NCBI GenBank assembly: GCA_902569615.1
Contig: CACFUX010000002.1
Coordinates: 739-64,738, forward strand
Reading direction: 5' to 3'
Length of the DNA stretch: 64,000 nucleotides
Source of the DNA: an uncultured Pelagibacteraceae bacterium
GTDB lineage: Bacteria; Pseudomonadota; Alphaproteobacteria; Pelagibacterales; Pelagibacteraceae
The notes beneath the pieces were generated by a model. That model was not told the DNA's origin. It searched no databases and was given only the letters and a program-made list of their open reading frames with translations. This document shows positions 40,517-51,511 of this stretch, piece after piece. Each line of letters begins with the position of its first letter. The stretch's first letter is position 1. Position numbers and translations under genes: made by a program.

Positions 40517-41902
40517 TTGAATATGAAAAAATGGAAAACAAATAGTTGGAGAAATTATCCAGTTAAGCACATCCCTACATATGAGGATGAAAAAGAACTT
40601 AATAAGGTTCTTGGAAAGATTAAAGACTTCCCTCCTTTAGTGTTTGCTGGTGAAACAAGACATTTGAAACAACAATTAGCAGAAGTAGTTGATGGAAAAG
40701 CTTTTTTATTACAAGGAGGTGACTGCGCAGAAAGTTTTGCAGAATTTAATCCAGATAATATTAGAGATTATTTTAAAGTTATTTTACAAATGTCATTAGT
40801 TTTAACTTATTCAGCTTCTTTACCTGTTGTTAAGTTAGGAAGAATTGCGGGTCAATTTTCTAAACCAAGAAGTGCACCTACAGAAAAACAAGGAGATAAA
40901 GAATTACCAAGTTATCTTGGTGATAATATTAATGGTATTGAATTTAATGAAAAATCTAGAAGACCTGATCCTAAAAGATTATTTAAAGCTTATTCTCAAT
41001 CGGCATCAACATTAAATCTATTAAGAGCTTTCTGTCATGGTGGATTTGCTGATTTAAAAAAAGTTCATCTTTGGAATTTAGGTTATATTAAAAAAAGTCC
41101 ACAAGCCAAAAAATTTAAGGAGCTAGAAGACAAAATTGCTGATGCATTAGCTTTTATGGATGCATGTGGAATAAATTCTGATTTTAACAGAAGATTAAAA
41201 ACAGTTAATTTTTGGACTTCTCACGAAGCATTATTGCTTCCATTTGAAGAAAGTATGACAAGAATTGATTCAACAACAGGCGAATATCATGATACTTCAG
41301 CACATTTTGTATGGATCGGTGATAGAACAAGACAATTAGACGGTGGTCATGTTGAATTTTGTAGAGGAATTGAAAATCCAATTGGAATTAAATGTGGACC
41401 AACTTCAAAACCAGAAGAAATTGTTAAGATTTGTAATGTTATAAATCCTAAAAATGAAAAAGGAAAAATAACATTAATTTCAAGATTTGGTTGTGAAAAT
41501 GTTGGAAAGTTTTTACCAAAATTAATAAGAGCTATAAAAAAAGAAGGTTTAAATGTTATTTGGTCTTGTGACCCTATGCATGGAAACACAGTCAAATCTT
41601 CTACAGGTTTTAAAACAAGACCTTTTAATAATGTTTTAAAGGAAGTTAAAAATGTATTTGCGGTACACCAGAGCGAAGGATCTTATGCAGGAGGATTGCA
41701 TATAGAAATGACAGGACAAAATGTTACTGAATGTACTGGTGGTACACAAAAAATTTCTGATAAAGACTTGTCAAGCAGATATAGAACCCATTGCGATCCA
41801 AGATTAAACGCAAATCAAGCTTTAGAACTGTCATTTTTGATTTCTGATGAAATTAAAAAGAATTCCATTTATGCAAGAAGTGGAATTAGAGCGGTTTCTT
41901 AA
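40517..41902 (+). CDS. Class II DAHP synthase
   Basis: LLQGGDCAESF, RIAGQFSKPRS, WIGDRTRQ, DPMHGNT and CDPRLN motifs. Confidence 0.95.
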   Translation: MNMKKWKTNSWRNYPVKHIPTYEDEKELNKVLGKIKDFPPLVFAGETRHLKQQLAEVVDGKAFLLQGGDCAESFAEFNPDNIRDYFKVILQMSLVLTYSASLPVVKLGRIAGQFSKPRSAPTEKQGDKELPSYLGDNINGIEFNEKSRRPDPKRLFKAYSQSASTLNLLRAFCHGGFADLKKVHLWNLGYIKKSPQAKKFKELEDKIADALAFMDACGINSDFNRRLKTVNFWTSHEALLLPFEESMTRIDSTTGEYHDTSAHFVWIGDRTRQLDGGHVEFCRGIENPIGIKCGPTSKPEEIVKICNVINPKNEKGKITLISRFGCENVGKFLPKLIRAIKKEGLNVIWSCDPMHGNTVKSSTGFKTRPFNNVLKEVKNVFAVHQSEGSYAGGLHIEMTGQNVTECTGGTQKISDKDLSSRYRTHCDPRLNANQALELSFLISDEIKKNSIYARSGIRAVS

Positions 41903-41941
41903 CGCATTTATTAAAGAAATCATTTAAAGTATAATTGAATC

Positions 41942-42679
41942 ATGGAAACAGGTAAAAAAGTTGTATTTATAAAAGATTGGATATTGAATTATGTAAATTC
42001 TATGCCAAAAAAAGCAGAAACTTTAGTTATTGGAATTTCTGGTGGTATTGATTCTTCAGTATCAAGCACTTTAAGTGCAATGACAGGTTTAAAAACAATT
42101 GCAATCTCAATGCCTATTAAACAAAAAAGTTTTCAGCATGATCTAAGTTTAAAACATCAAGAATGGTTAAAAAAAAATTTTAAAAATGTTAATGGATTTA
42201 CAATCGAACTAGACGATCTTTTTAATACATTTGAAAAAACACTTTCAAAATTTAATAATGAACATGGTATGGCAAATTCTAGAGCAAGATTAAGAATGTC
42301 GACTCTTTACCAAGTTGCAGCAGCAAATAATGGAATAGTTGTTGGAACTGGAAATAAAGTTGAAGATTTTGGTGTTGGATTTTATACAAAGTATGGAGAT
42401 GGTGGAGTTGATATATCACCTTTAGCAGATTGTAATAAAACAGAAGTTTGGGAATTAGGAAAAGAGCTAAATATTTTAAAAGAAATAATTGAAGCACCAC
42501 CCACAGATGGTTTATGGGATGATGGCAGAACTGACGAAGGTCAACTAGGTCTTACCTATAGTGAACTTGAAGAAGCAATGGATAATGAAAACTCAAAAAA
42601 TAGAGATAAATATAATAAAATAAGAAACGCAAACCTGCATAAGATGGACCCCATTCCAGTTTGCAAGATACCTAAGTAA
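41942..42679 (+). CDS. nadE: NH3-dependent NAD synthetase
   Basis: GISGGIDS, NSRARLRM, FYTKYGDGG and PTDGLW motifs. Confidence 0.95.
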   Translation: METGKKVVFIKDWILNYVNSMPKKAETLVIGISGGIDSSVSSTLSAMTGLKTIAISMPIKQKSFQHDLSLKHQEWLKKNFKNVNGFTIELDDLFNTFEKTLSKFNNEHGMANSRARLRMSTLYQVAAANNGIVVGTGNKVEDFGVGFYTKYGDGGVDISPLADCNKTEVWELGKELNILKEIIEAPPTDGLWDDGRTDEGQLGLTYSELEEAMDNENSKNRDKYNKIRNANLHKMDPIPVCKIPK

Positions 42680-42724
42680 TCTTAGGGATACACAAATCAT
42701 CAATTAAAGTATATTTCTAGAATA

Positions 42725-44086
42725 ATGAACAAAGATATTTTTTTAACAAATAGTCTTGGAAACAAGAAAGAAAAATTTACTCCAATAAACTCAAAAAAAA
42801 TCGGGATGTATGTATGTGGCCCAACTGTTTATGACAACCCACATATTGGAAATGCAAGACCTTTAGTTGTTTTTGATATTTTGTTTAAAGTATTAAAATG
42901 TAAATATGGAAATAATTCAGTTACATATGTAAGAAATATTACTGATATAGATGATAAGATAATAGTATCATCAATTGAGAAAAAAATCTCAATAAGTGAT
43001 CTTACAAAGAAAATTACAAATATTTTTCATGATGACTGTAAATATTTAAATTGTGAAAATCCAACACATGAACCAAAAGCTACAGAAAATATTTCTTTAA
43101 TGGTTGAAATGATTAGTGCCCTTATAAAAAAAAATTTTGCATATGAAAAAAATAACCATGTTTATTTTGAGGTAAGTAAATTTAAAGATTATGGAAAATT
43201 ATCAAATAAAAATTTAGATGAATTAATTGCAGGCGCAAGAGTAGAAGTATCTGAAAATAAAAATAATCCTGCAGATTTTGTACTATGGAAACCTTCAGTT
43301 GAAGATGAACCATTCTGGGACTCTCCATGGGGAAAAGGAAGACCTGGTTGGCATCTTGAATGTTCTGCTATGTCTAAAAAATTTTTGGGTGATAAATTTG
43401 ATATTCACGGCGGAGGAAGAGATTTAATTTTTCCACATCATGAAAACGAAATTGCACAATCTAGATGTGCTAATGAAAATGAAACCTTTGCTAATTTTTG
43501 GGTTCATAATGGATTTATAACAATTTCCAATGAAAAAATGTCAAAATCTCAAGGTAATATTTTAAAAATTGGCGATTTCAAAAAAAATGTGAGTGGACAG
43601 GTTTTAAGATTAGCATTGATAAGCTCCCATTATAAACAACCATTAGATTGGAATGATAAACTTTTATCAGAATGTGAGAAAACTTTAAACAAATGGTACG
43701 AAAGTTTCATAGAAATTAAAAAAAAGACTTTAATTCCTGACGAATATTTATTACCTTTGTATGACGATTTAAATACACCAGGATTCATTGCCAATCTTCA
43801 TAAGTTATTTGAAAAATCTCAAAATGGTACTGAAATTGATAAACAAATATTTGTATCTGCATGTAATTTTGTTGGTTTGTTAAATGAAAATAAAGATACC
43901 TGGAATAATTATAAAAGAAGTAAATTAAAAATCACTGAGGAAGAGATAAAACAAAAAATTGATGAAAGGAATAAAGCAAGAAAAAATAAAGATTATAAAT
44001 TAGCAGATAAAATTAGGAACGATTTGGTAGATAAAGGAGTTTTAATTGAGGATAAAGATGATAAAACCCTGTGGAAATTTAAATGA
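42725..44086 (+). CDS. cysS: Cysteine-tRNA ligase
   Basis: YVCGPTVY, HIGN, GRPGWHLECS and KMSKS motifs. Confidence 0.97.
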   Translation: MNKDIFLTNSLGNKKEKFTPINSKKIGMYVCGPTVYDNPHIGNARPLVVFDILFKVLKCKYGNNSVTYVRNITDIDDKIIVSSIEKKISISDLTKKITNIFHDDCKYLNCENPTHEPKATENISLMVEMISALIKKNFAYEKNNHVYFEVSKFKDYGKLSNKNLDELIAGARVEVSENKNNPADFVLWKPSVEDEPFWDSPWGKGRPGWHLECSAMSKKFLGDKFDIHGGGRDLIFPHHENEIAQSRCANENETFANFWVHNGFITISNEKMSKSQGNILKIGDFKKNVSGQVLRLALISSHYKQPLDWNDKLLSECEKTLNKWYESFIEIKKKTLIPDEYLLPLYDDLNTPGFIANLHKLFEKSQNGTEIDKQIFVSACNFVGLLNENKDTWNNYKRSKLKITEEEIKQKIDERNKARKNKDYKLADKIRNDLVDKGVLIEDKDDKTLWKFK

Positions 44087-45684
44087 GTAGAGAAAAACTA
44101 TATATATTCGATACTACACTCAGAGATGGAGCCCAGACTCAAGGTGTAGATTTTTCAATTGATGACAAAATTAAAATAGCAAAAGCCTTAGATGGTTTAG
44201 GTGTGGATTATATAGAGGGCGGCTGGCCAGGTGCCAATCCAACAGATACAGAATTTTTTCAAAAAAAAATTAAATTAAATAACTCAATTATGACTGCTTT
44301 TGGTATGACCAAAAGAACAGGCAGAAGTGCAGATAATGATCCTGGACTGTCTTCTATATTAAATAGTAACACTAAAGCAGTATGTTTAGTTGGTAAAACA
44401 TGGGACTTTCATGTTGATGTAGCATTAGGAATTTCAAATCAAGAAAATTTAGAAAATATTTCTGAAAGTGCAAAACTTTTTGTTAAAGAAAAAAAAGAAT
44501 TTATGTTTGATGCTGAACACTTTTTCGATGGTTTTAAAAATAATAAAGAATACGCGCTTTCATGTATTAAATCAGCATATGATAATGGTGCAAGATGGAT
44601 TGTATTATGTGATACAAATGGAGGAACATTACCTAATGAAGTTTCTGAAATAGTGAATGAGGTAACTAAATCTGTTCCAGGAAAAAATCTTGGTATTCAT
44701 GCTCATAATGATACTGGAAACGCTGTTGCAAACTCCTTAGCTGCAGTTTTATCAGGAGCAAGACAAATACAAGGAACAATTAATGGACTTGGTGAAAGAT
44801 GTGGTAATGCAAATTTAATGTCAGTAATTCCAACTTTGCACTTAAAAGAAACATACTCAAAAAACTATGAAGTAAATATTAAAAAAGAAAATATTAGCAA
44901 ATTAACTCAATGCTCAAGATTACTTGATGAAATACTAAATAGAAAACCTAATCAACATATGCCTTATGTTGGTGCTGCTGCTTTCTCACATAAAGGTGGA
45001 CTTCACGTTTCTGCTGTACAAAAAGATCCAAAAACTTACGAACATATAAATCCTGAAACAGTAGGGAATGCAAGAAATATTGTTGTTTCAGATCAGTCAG
45101 GAAAATCAAATATAGTTTCAAGATTAAATTCTATTGGAATAGATTTTAAACAGGATGATCCTAAAATAAAAAAACTTTTAGAAGAAGTTAAAGATAGAGA
45201 ATTCATTGGTTATAGTTATGATGGTGCTGATGCATCTTTTGAACTCTTAGCTAGACGTATAATGGGAGAAATTCCAAGATATATTTTAATTAAAGAATAT
45301 GATGTTAGTGTTAAAAAAAATAGTTCAGGAGAAATTATTTCTTCTGCAAAAGCCCAATTAGAGGTCGATAAAAAGTTAATTCTTTGTGAAGGCGAGGGTA
45401 ATGGTCCTGTCCATGCTCTTGATAATGCAATAAGAAATAATGTAGATAAACTTGCAAAATATTCTCAGTATTTAAAAGATTTAAAATTGGTAGATTATAA
45501 AGTTAGAATTCTTAATACTGGAACAGAAGCTGTAACAAGAGTATCAATAGAGAGTACAGACTCTAAAGGTAAAAATTGGTTTACAATTGGAGTTTCAGCG
45601 AACATTATTGATGCATCATTTAAAGCACTTGTTGATAGTCTAGACTACAAATTATTTAAGGATAAGGCGCCAGCAAGTATTTAA
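44083..45684 (+). CDS. cimA: Citramalate synthase
   Basis: DTTLRDGAQ, IEGGWPGANP, FDAEHFFDG and HKGGLH motifs. Confidence 0.9.
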   Translation: MSREKLYIFDTTLRDGAQTQGVDFSIDDKIKIAKALDGLGVDYIEGGWPGANPTDTEFFQKKIKLNNSIMTAFGMTKRTGRSADNDPGLSSILNSNTKAVCLVGKTWDFHVDVALGISNQENLENISESAKLFVKEKKEFMFDAEHFFDGFKNNKEYALSCIKSAYDNGARWIVLCDTNGGTLPNEVSEIVNEVTKSVPGKNLGIHAHNDTGNAVANSLAAVLSGARQIQGTINGLGERCGNANLMSVIPTLHLKETYSKNYEVNIKKENISKLTQCSRLLDEILNRKPNQHMPYVGAAAFSHKGGLHVSAVQKDPKTYEHINPETVGNARNIVVSDQSGKSNIVSRLNSIGIDFKQDDPKIKKLLEEVKDREFIGYSYDGADASFELLARRIMGEIPRYILIKEYDVSVKKNSSGEIISSAKAQLEVDKKLILCEGEGNGPVHALDNAIRNNVDKLAKYSQYLKDLKLVDYKVRILNTGTEAVTRVSIESTDSKGKNWFTIGVSANIIDASFKALVDSLDYKLFKDKAPASI

Positions 45685-46400
45685 TGTTCAATAATATTTC
45701 TTTTATTTTACATAAACCACAATTATCTGAGAATATCGGAGCATGCGCTAGGGCATTAAAAAATTTTAATTTTTCAAAATTAATTTTAATTAATCCAAAA
45801 CCAACTTTTCCCAATGATAAAATTATTGCTACTTCTGTAGGTGCTCAAGATATTATTAAAAAAGGTAAGGTTTTTAAAAGTTTAGAAGATACTATGAAAA
45901 ATATAGATCTATTAATATCAACTACTGCAAGGTTTAGAAATAAAAATATTAAGCATATTAAATTAAATGAGTTAAACAAAATAGATTTTAGCAAAAAAAT
46001 TGGTTTTTTGTTTGGCCCAGAGGCATCTGGACTATCAAATAATGAAATTAGTTTTTCTAATTATGTATTACAAATACCTAGTAATCCTAATTTTAAGTCT
46101 TTGAATTTATCTCACAGTTTAATTATTGTTGCTCAAACTATTTTTCAAATGTTGAATTTGAAAAAATCTAGATATTCTAGATCTAAAAAGATTAAATCTG
46201 CCTCAAAGAAAAATATTCAATCAATGTCAAATTTATGCATTAAACATCTAGAAGAAATAAATTTTTTTAAACCAAAAGAGAAAAAACCAAAAATGTTACA
46301 AAATCTTAGAAGTTTATTTTATAAAATGGATTTATCAGAAAAAGAAACACGTATTTTATCAAGTGTATTTGCGAGTTTAGCTAAAAAAAAGCCTGATTGA
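45684..46400 (+). CDS. SPOUT RNA methyltransferase (TrmJ/LasT family)
   Basis: PQLSENIGACARA, FGPEASGL and SLNLSH motifs. Confidence 0.88.
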   Translation: MFNNISFILHKPQLSENIGACARALKNFNFSKLILINPKPTFPNDKIIATSVGAQDIIKKGKVFKSLEDTMKNIDLLISTTARFRNKNIKHIKLNELNKIDFSKKIGFLFGPEASGLSNNEISFSNYVLQIPSNPNFKSLNLSHSLIIVAQTIFQMLNLKKSRYSRSKKIKSASKKNIQSMSNLCIKHLEEINFFKPKEKKPKMLQNLRSLFYKMDLSEKETRILSSVFASLAKKKPD

Positions 46401-46436
46401 CAAAATTAATCTTAAGTTTATAAAACGTTCTATTAA

Positions 46437-47054
46437 ATGACAAAAAGATTAAACTCTAAACATAAAGTCGATAGAAGGCTAAGAGTGAATCTATGGGGAA
46501 GACCCAAGAGTCCTTTTAATACTAGAGCTTACCCACCCGGCCAACATGGTCAAACTAAATCAGCTAAACCTTCAGATTACGGTATTCAATTAAATGCAAA
46601 ACAAAAATTAAAATCTTATTATGGAAACATGAATGAAAGGCAATTCAGAAATGTTTATAAAAAAGCTATTATGAAAAAAGGTGATACTGCAGAAAATTTA
46701 ATTGGTTTACTTGAAAGAAGACTTGATGCAGTAATTTATAGATCTAAACTTTCAAATACAATTTTTTCCTCAAGACAACTTATTAATCATGGCCATGTAA
46801 GAGTTAATGGTAAGAAAGTAAATATAGCAAGTTATCAGGTTAGAGAAGAAGACAGTATAGAAATTAGAGACAAATCAAAACAATTAGCTTTAATAGATAT
46901 TGCACTTGCAAATAAAGAAAGAGAAGTACCTGAGTATTTACAATTGGATGAAAAAAATAAAAAAGTTAAATTTATTAGAGTGCCTAAGTTTGAAGAAGTT
47001 CCTTACCCAGTAGCAATGGAGCCTAATCTTGTTATTGAGTACTATTCTCGATAA
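46437..47054 (+). CDS. rpsD: 30S ribosomal protein S4
   Basis: PPGQHG, LERRLD, RQLINHGH and VIEYYSR motifs; upstream TTGACA-N16-TATAAA at 46397-46424. Confidence 0.97.
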   Translation: MTKRLNSKHKVDRRLRVNLWGRPKSPFNTRAYPPGQHGQTKSAKPSDYGIQLNAKQKLKSYYGNMNERQFRNVYKKAIMKKGDTAENLIGLLERRLDAVIYRSKLSNTIFSSRQLINHGHVRVNGKKVNIASYQVREEDSIEIRDKSKQLALIDIALANKEREVPEYLQLDEKNKKVKFIRVPKFEEVPYPVAMEPNLVIEYYSR

Positions 47055-47387
47055 TTATTTTTTAAAATTAATTCCTTTACTCTCAAGTATTTTTTTAAGC
47101 TCACCATTTTCGTACATTTCTTTTACTATGTCACATCCACCAACAAATTCTTTTTTAATATACAACTGAGGTATTGTTGGCCAATCACTAAATTCTTTAA
47201 TTCCTTGTCTTAAATTTTGATCTTCTAAAACATTAACTCCTTTAAAATTTACTTCTAAAATTTTTAGCATATTTGAAACAGCCATTGAAAATCCACATTG
47301 AGGTGCATCAGGAGTTCCTTTCATAAAAAGGCAAACTTCATTATTTTCAATTTCTTTACTAATTAAATCATTTATATTTTGATCCAT
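47055..47387 (-). CDS. grxD: Monothiol glutaredoxin
   Basis: PQCGFS, WPTIPQLY and GGCD motifs. Confidence 0.95.
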   Translation of the reverse strand: MDQNINDLISKEIENNEVCLFMKGTPDAPQCGFSMAVSNMLKILEVNFKGVNVLEDQNLRQGIKEFSDWPTIPQLYIKKEFVGGCDIVKEMYENGELKKILESKGINFKK

Positions 47388-47388
47388 A

Positions 47389-47616
47389 TTACTCCTTTGT
47401 TTTAATTGCTAAGGCATGTAATTCGTTTCCCATTTTACCTTTTAATGAATTATATACCATTTTATGTTGTTCAATTTTACTTTTTCCGGCGAAAGTAGAA
47501 GATGTAACTGTTGCAGAATAATGATTTCCGTCACCTGCTAAATCTTGTATGTCTATTTTTGCATCAGGCATTGCTTCTTTTATTAATTTTTCAATTTCTT
47601 TTAAATCCATTGCCAT
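47389..47616 (-). CDS. BolA family protein
   Basis: GDGNHY, QHKMVY and LHAL motifs; adjacent to grxD. Confidence 0.92.
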   Translation of the reverse strand: MAMDLKEIEKLIKEAMPDAKIDIQDLAGDGNHYSATVTSSTFAGKSKIEQHKMVYNSLKGKMGNELHALAIKTKE

Positions 47617-47617
47617 A

Positions 47618-49810
47618 TTATTTTTCCATAAATTCTTCTAACCAACTATTATTAGATTTAATCAAATCGTCAATATGTAGAATTGGCTCTTTATCTATTA
47701 TTATCTCATTTTCTGTTACCAATCCAAGCTCATCATAATGTACTGAATTTTCTTTTAAAACTTTTTGAACTTTTTCGAGATTTGTACGTTCAATTTCTAT
47801 TATATATCTTCCCTGATCTTCACCAAAGTAATAATCGAATTTATTTATTAAAACCTTAAGTCTATCTAATTTAAACCCTTTTTTACCTTTTATTGCCATT
47901 TTTGAAACCGCAGTAATAATACCTCCTAGTGAGACATCATGAGCAGAACTTATTAACCCATTATCAATTAATTTTAATAATGTTTCACCGTTGTTTTTTT
48001 CATTAAACAAATTAATTTCAGGCGGAGGACCTTTTTTTTCGTTTAAAATATTTCTTGCAAAGGAACTTTGTTCTATATGACCTTCTGTTTTACCAATAAC
48101 TAATATTAAATTATCTTTTTTTTTTAGGTTCATAGTGACCATTTTTTTGTAGTTTTTAATCAAACCAACTCCACCTATTGCAGGAGTAGGTTTAATACCT
48201 TTATCTTTTGTCTCATTATAAAAGGATACATTTCCCGAAACGACTGGATAATCTAAAAATTTACTTGCTTCATTTATTCCCTCAACACACTCAACAAATT
48301 CTCCCATATTTTTTTCTTTCTCGGGGTTGCCAAAATTTAAACAATTAGTAATAGCTATTGGCCTTGATCCACAAGAAATTAAATTTCTCCAACTTTCACA
48401 AACTACTTGCTTTCCTCCCGTGAGTGGGTGTGCATAACAATATATAGCAGATGAGTCCACGGATGTAGCAACAGCCTTATTGGTACCATGCACTCTGACT
48501 ACTCCAGAATCAGATCCGGGTTTTTGTATTGTATCTCCCATTACAGTATGATCGTATTGTTGCCAAATCCATTCTTTATTAGAAATATTAGGTAAACTTA
48601 GAATTTTTTTCAGCACTTCAGTGATTTTTAATTTTTTAAAATCATCTTTTTTAAAATTAATTTTTTGAGGAAGTTTAGTTTTTTTCCACTTTCTGTCATA
48701 CATAGGAGCATTTTCTGCTAATGTATTAATTGGAATCTGAGCAACTTTCTTATTATCAAAAAATAACTCAATATTTTTTGTATCAGTTGTTTTTCCTATT
48801 ACTGCAAAATCTAAATTCCATTTATCAAAGATTTTTTTCGCTTCATTTTCTTTTCCATTTTCTAAGACAATCAACATTCTTTCCTGACTTTCAGAAAGCA
48901 TTATTTCGTAGGGTGTCATTTTTTCTTCACGACATGGAACTTTATTTAAGTTCAGCTCAATACCCAAATTACCTTTAGATGCCATTTCTATGCTAGAAGA
49001 TGTTAATCCAGCTGCCCCCATATCCTGAATAGAGATAATTGATTTTCCTGCCATTAATTCTAGACATGCTTCTAACAATAATTTTTCAGTAAAAGGATCT
49101 CCAACTTGTACAGTTGGTTTTTTTTCTTCAATTTTATCATCAAAAATTGCTGAAGCCATACTAGCACCATGAATTCCATCTCTTCCTGTTTTTGAACCAA
49201 CATAAATTACTGGTTTATTAATACCCGCAGCTTTTGAATAAAAAATTTTATTTTTATTAACTAAACCTAAAGTCATTGCATTAACTAAAATATTTCCGTT
49301 ATAAGAATCATCAAAACTTGTTTGGCCACCAACAGTAGGAATACCCATGCAATTACCATAACCCCCTATACCTTTAACAACACCTCTTAATAAATTTTTT
49401 GTTTTAGGGTGTTGTGGCGAACCAAAATGAATAGAGTTCAAGTTTGCAATAGGTCTTGCTCCCATTGTGAAAACATCTCTCATTATACCACCGACGCCAG
49501 TTGCTGCACCTTGGTATGGTTCAATGAAAGATGGATGATTATGACTTTCAATTTTAAAAACAATCGCATCATCATCTTCAATATCAATTACTCCAGCATT
49601 TTCACCGGGTCCTTGAATTACTTTTTTTCCTTTAGTATTTAGTTTTTTTAAATGAATTCTAGATGATTTATATGAGCAATGTTCATTCCACATTGCTGAA
49701 AATATTCCGAGTTCAGTTAGATTAGGTGTTCTATTTAATAGATCACAAATTTTATTATATTCTTCTTTTTTTAAACCATGATCAATTGCTATTTGTTCGT
49801 TAACTTCCAT
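47618..49810 (-). CDS. purL: Phosphoribosylformylglycinamidine synthase subunit PurL
   Basis: [27 protein letters not shown] and GNVSFYN motifs. Confidence 0.97.
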   Translation of the reverse strand: MEVNEQIAIDHGLKKEEYNKICDLLNRTPNLTELGIFSAMWNEHCSYKSSRIHLKKLNTKGKKVIQGPGENAGVIDIEDDDAIVFKIESHNHPSFIEPYQGAATGVGGIMRDVFTMGARPIANLNSIHFGSPQHPKTKNLLRGVVKGIGGYGNCMGIPTVGGQTSFDDSYNGNILVNAMTLGLVNKNKIFYSKAAGINKPVIYVGSKTGRDGIHGASMASAIFDDKIEEKKPTVQVGDPFTEKLLLEACLELMAGKSIISIQDMGAAGLTSSSIEMASKGNLGIELNLNKVPCREEKMTPYEIMLSESQERMLIVLENGKENEAKKIFDKWNLDFAVIGKTTDTKNIELFFDNKKVAQIPINTLAENAPMYDRKWKKTKLPQKINFKKDDFKKLKITEVLKKILSLPNISNKEWIWQQYDHTVMGDTIQKPGSDSGVVRVHGTNKAVATSVDSSAIYCYAHPLTGGKQVVCESWRNLISCGSRPIAITNCLNFGNPEKEKNMGEFVECVEGINEASKFLDYPVVSGNVSFYNETKDKGIKPTPAIGGVGLIKNYKKMVTMNLKKKDNLILVIGKTEGHIEQSSFARNILNEKKGPPPEINLFNEKNNGETLLKLIDNGLISSAHDVSLGGIITAVSKMAIKGKKGFKLDRLKVLINKFDYYFGEDQGRYIIEIERTNLEKVQKVLKENSVHYDELGLVTENEIIIDKEPILHIDDLIKSNNSWLEEFMEK

Positions 49811-50493
49811 TATTTTAAATTTTCAAATAAATTTTCAAAGAAAAAATTTCCATCATTACTTGATAAATATTTATCTATCATTCTTTCAGGATGAGGCATC
49901 ATTCCTAAAATATTTTTATTTTTATTAAATATTCCAGCAATATTTTTTAATGTTCCATTTGGATTAAAATCATCAGCTTCTTTGCCATCTTTATTACAAT
50001 AAGTGACTGCAATTTGATTATTATCATTTAAAGATTTTAACTCATCATTTGAACAAAAATAATTTCCTTCATTATGAGCTATATGTAATTCTAAGATTTC
50101 TTTTTTGATGTTTTTAAAATACTTATTTTCTTTATCATTTACTCTAACATAAACATTTTTACATATAAATTTTTGATACTTGTTTTGTTGAAGAATTCCA
50201 GGCAATAAGCCTGTTTCTGTCAGTATTTGAAATCCATTACATATTCCTAAAACTAAACCTCCTGAATTTGCAAATTCAACAACCGATTTAATTATTTTTG
50301 ATTTAGCAGCAATACTTCCACATCTTAAATAATCCCCGTAGGAAAAACCACCTGGAAGAACAATTAAGTCACTTTTAGGAATTTCTGGATCATTGTGCCA
50401 AACCATTTGGTTTTTAAAGCCAAATTTTTTTAATGCTACATCCATATCTCTATCACAATTTGATCCTGGAAAAATTATAACTGATGATTTCAT
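49810..50493 (-). CDS. purQ: FGAM synthase subunit PurQ
   Basis: [25 protein letters not shown] and MMPHPER motifs. Confidence 0.97.
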   Translation of the reverse strand: MKSSVIIFPGSNCDRDMDVALKKFGFKNQMVWHNDPEIPKSDLIVLPGGFSYGDYLRCGSIAAKSKIIKSVVEFANSGGLVLGICNGFQILTETGLLPGILQQNKYQKFICKNVYVRVNDKENKYFKNIKKEILELHIAHNEGNYFCSNDELKSLNDNNQIAVTYCNKDGKEADDFNPNGTLKNIAGIFNKNKNILGMMPHPERMIDKYLSSNDGNFFFENLFENLK

Positions 50494-50498
50494 TAATC

Positions 50499-50732
50499 TT
50501 ATAGAATTTTATAATCTTCGATTACTAAATTAGCTAAAAGTTTTTTACACATTTCTTCAACTTCAGCTTTTGCTTTTTTTTCATCTTCTATATTTACTTC
50601 AATATCAAAGTATTTTCCTTGTCTAACTTCTTTTACATCAGAAAAACTCATACCATTCAAAGTTTGCTGTATAGCTTTTCCTTGTGGGTCAAGTACCCCA
50701 TTTTTTAAGGTAACTACTACTTTTACTTTCAT
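50499..50732 (-). CDS. purS: FGAM synthase subunit PurS
   Basis: VLDPQG, VRQGK and LLANLVIE motifs. Confidence 0.95.
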   Translation of the reverse strand: MKVKVVVTLKNGVLDPQGKAIQQTLNGMSFSDVKEVRQGKYFDIEVNIEDEKKAKAEVEEMCKKLLANLVIEDYKIL

Positions 50733-51511
50733 TTATTTTTTTTGATTTTTACTGCCGTTGGTTTTGAAAATTTGATAGGTCTTATATTTGAATGTTCATG
50801 CAGAATTCCTAATCTTCTAGCAACTTCTTGATATGCTTCTACAACATTTCCTAAATCTTTTCTAAATCGGTCTTTATCAAGTTTTTTGTCAGTTTTCTGA
50901 TCCCACAATCTACAAGTATCAGGACTTATTTCATCTGCTAATATTATACTTTCATTTAATTTTGTTTTTCCAAACTCCACTTTAAAATCAACTAGCTTTA
51001 TTCCAATACTTCTAAACATTCCTTGGAGAAAATCATTTATTCTTAGACATTGTTCATTGATTAAGTCAAGTTCCATTATATTGAGCCATTTAAAATTTAA
51101 AATGTGTTCACGAGAAATTATTGGATCTCCAAGTTTATCATCTTTCAAACAGTACTCAATTAACGGTGAATCCAAAACAGTTCCTTCTTCAATCCCTAAT
51201 CTTTTTGTTAAAGATCCAGTTGAAATATTTCTTACTACAAACTCAATTGGTATAATATTTACTAACTTTATAAGTTGTTCTCTCATATTTAATCTTTTGA
51301 TAAGGTGATTTTTTATTCCGATATCAGATAGAGAAGAAAGTATATGTTCAGAAATTCTATTATTTAAAATTCCTTTTCCTTCTATGCTTGCTTTTTTTTG
51401 ATTATTAAATGCCGTTGCATCATCTTTAAAATGTTGAATAACTGTATTTTTATCACTTGTTGCAAAAATAATTTTTGCTTTACCTTCGTAAAGTTTTTTG
51501 CCTTTTTTCAT
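50729..51511 (-). CDS. purC: SAICAR synthetase
   Basis: LYEGKAK, FKDDATAFN, LVDFKVEFG and DEISPDTCRLWD motifs. Confidence 0.96.
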   Translation of the reverse strand: MKKGKKLYEGKAKIIFATSDKNTVIQHFKDDATAFNNQKKASIEGKGILNNRISEHILSSLSDIGIKNHLIKRLNMREQLIKLVNIIPIEFVVRNISTGSLTKRLGIEEGTVLDSPLIEYCLKDDKLGDPIISREHILNFKWLNIMELDLINEQCLRINDFLQGMFRSIGIKLVDFKVEFGKTKLNESIILADEISPDTCRLWDQKTDKKLDKDRFRKDLGNVVEAYQEVARRLGILHEHSNIRPIKFSKPTAVKIKKNK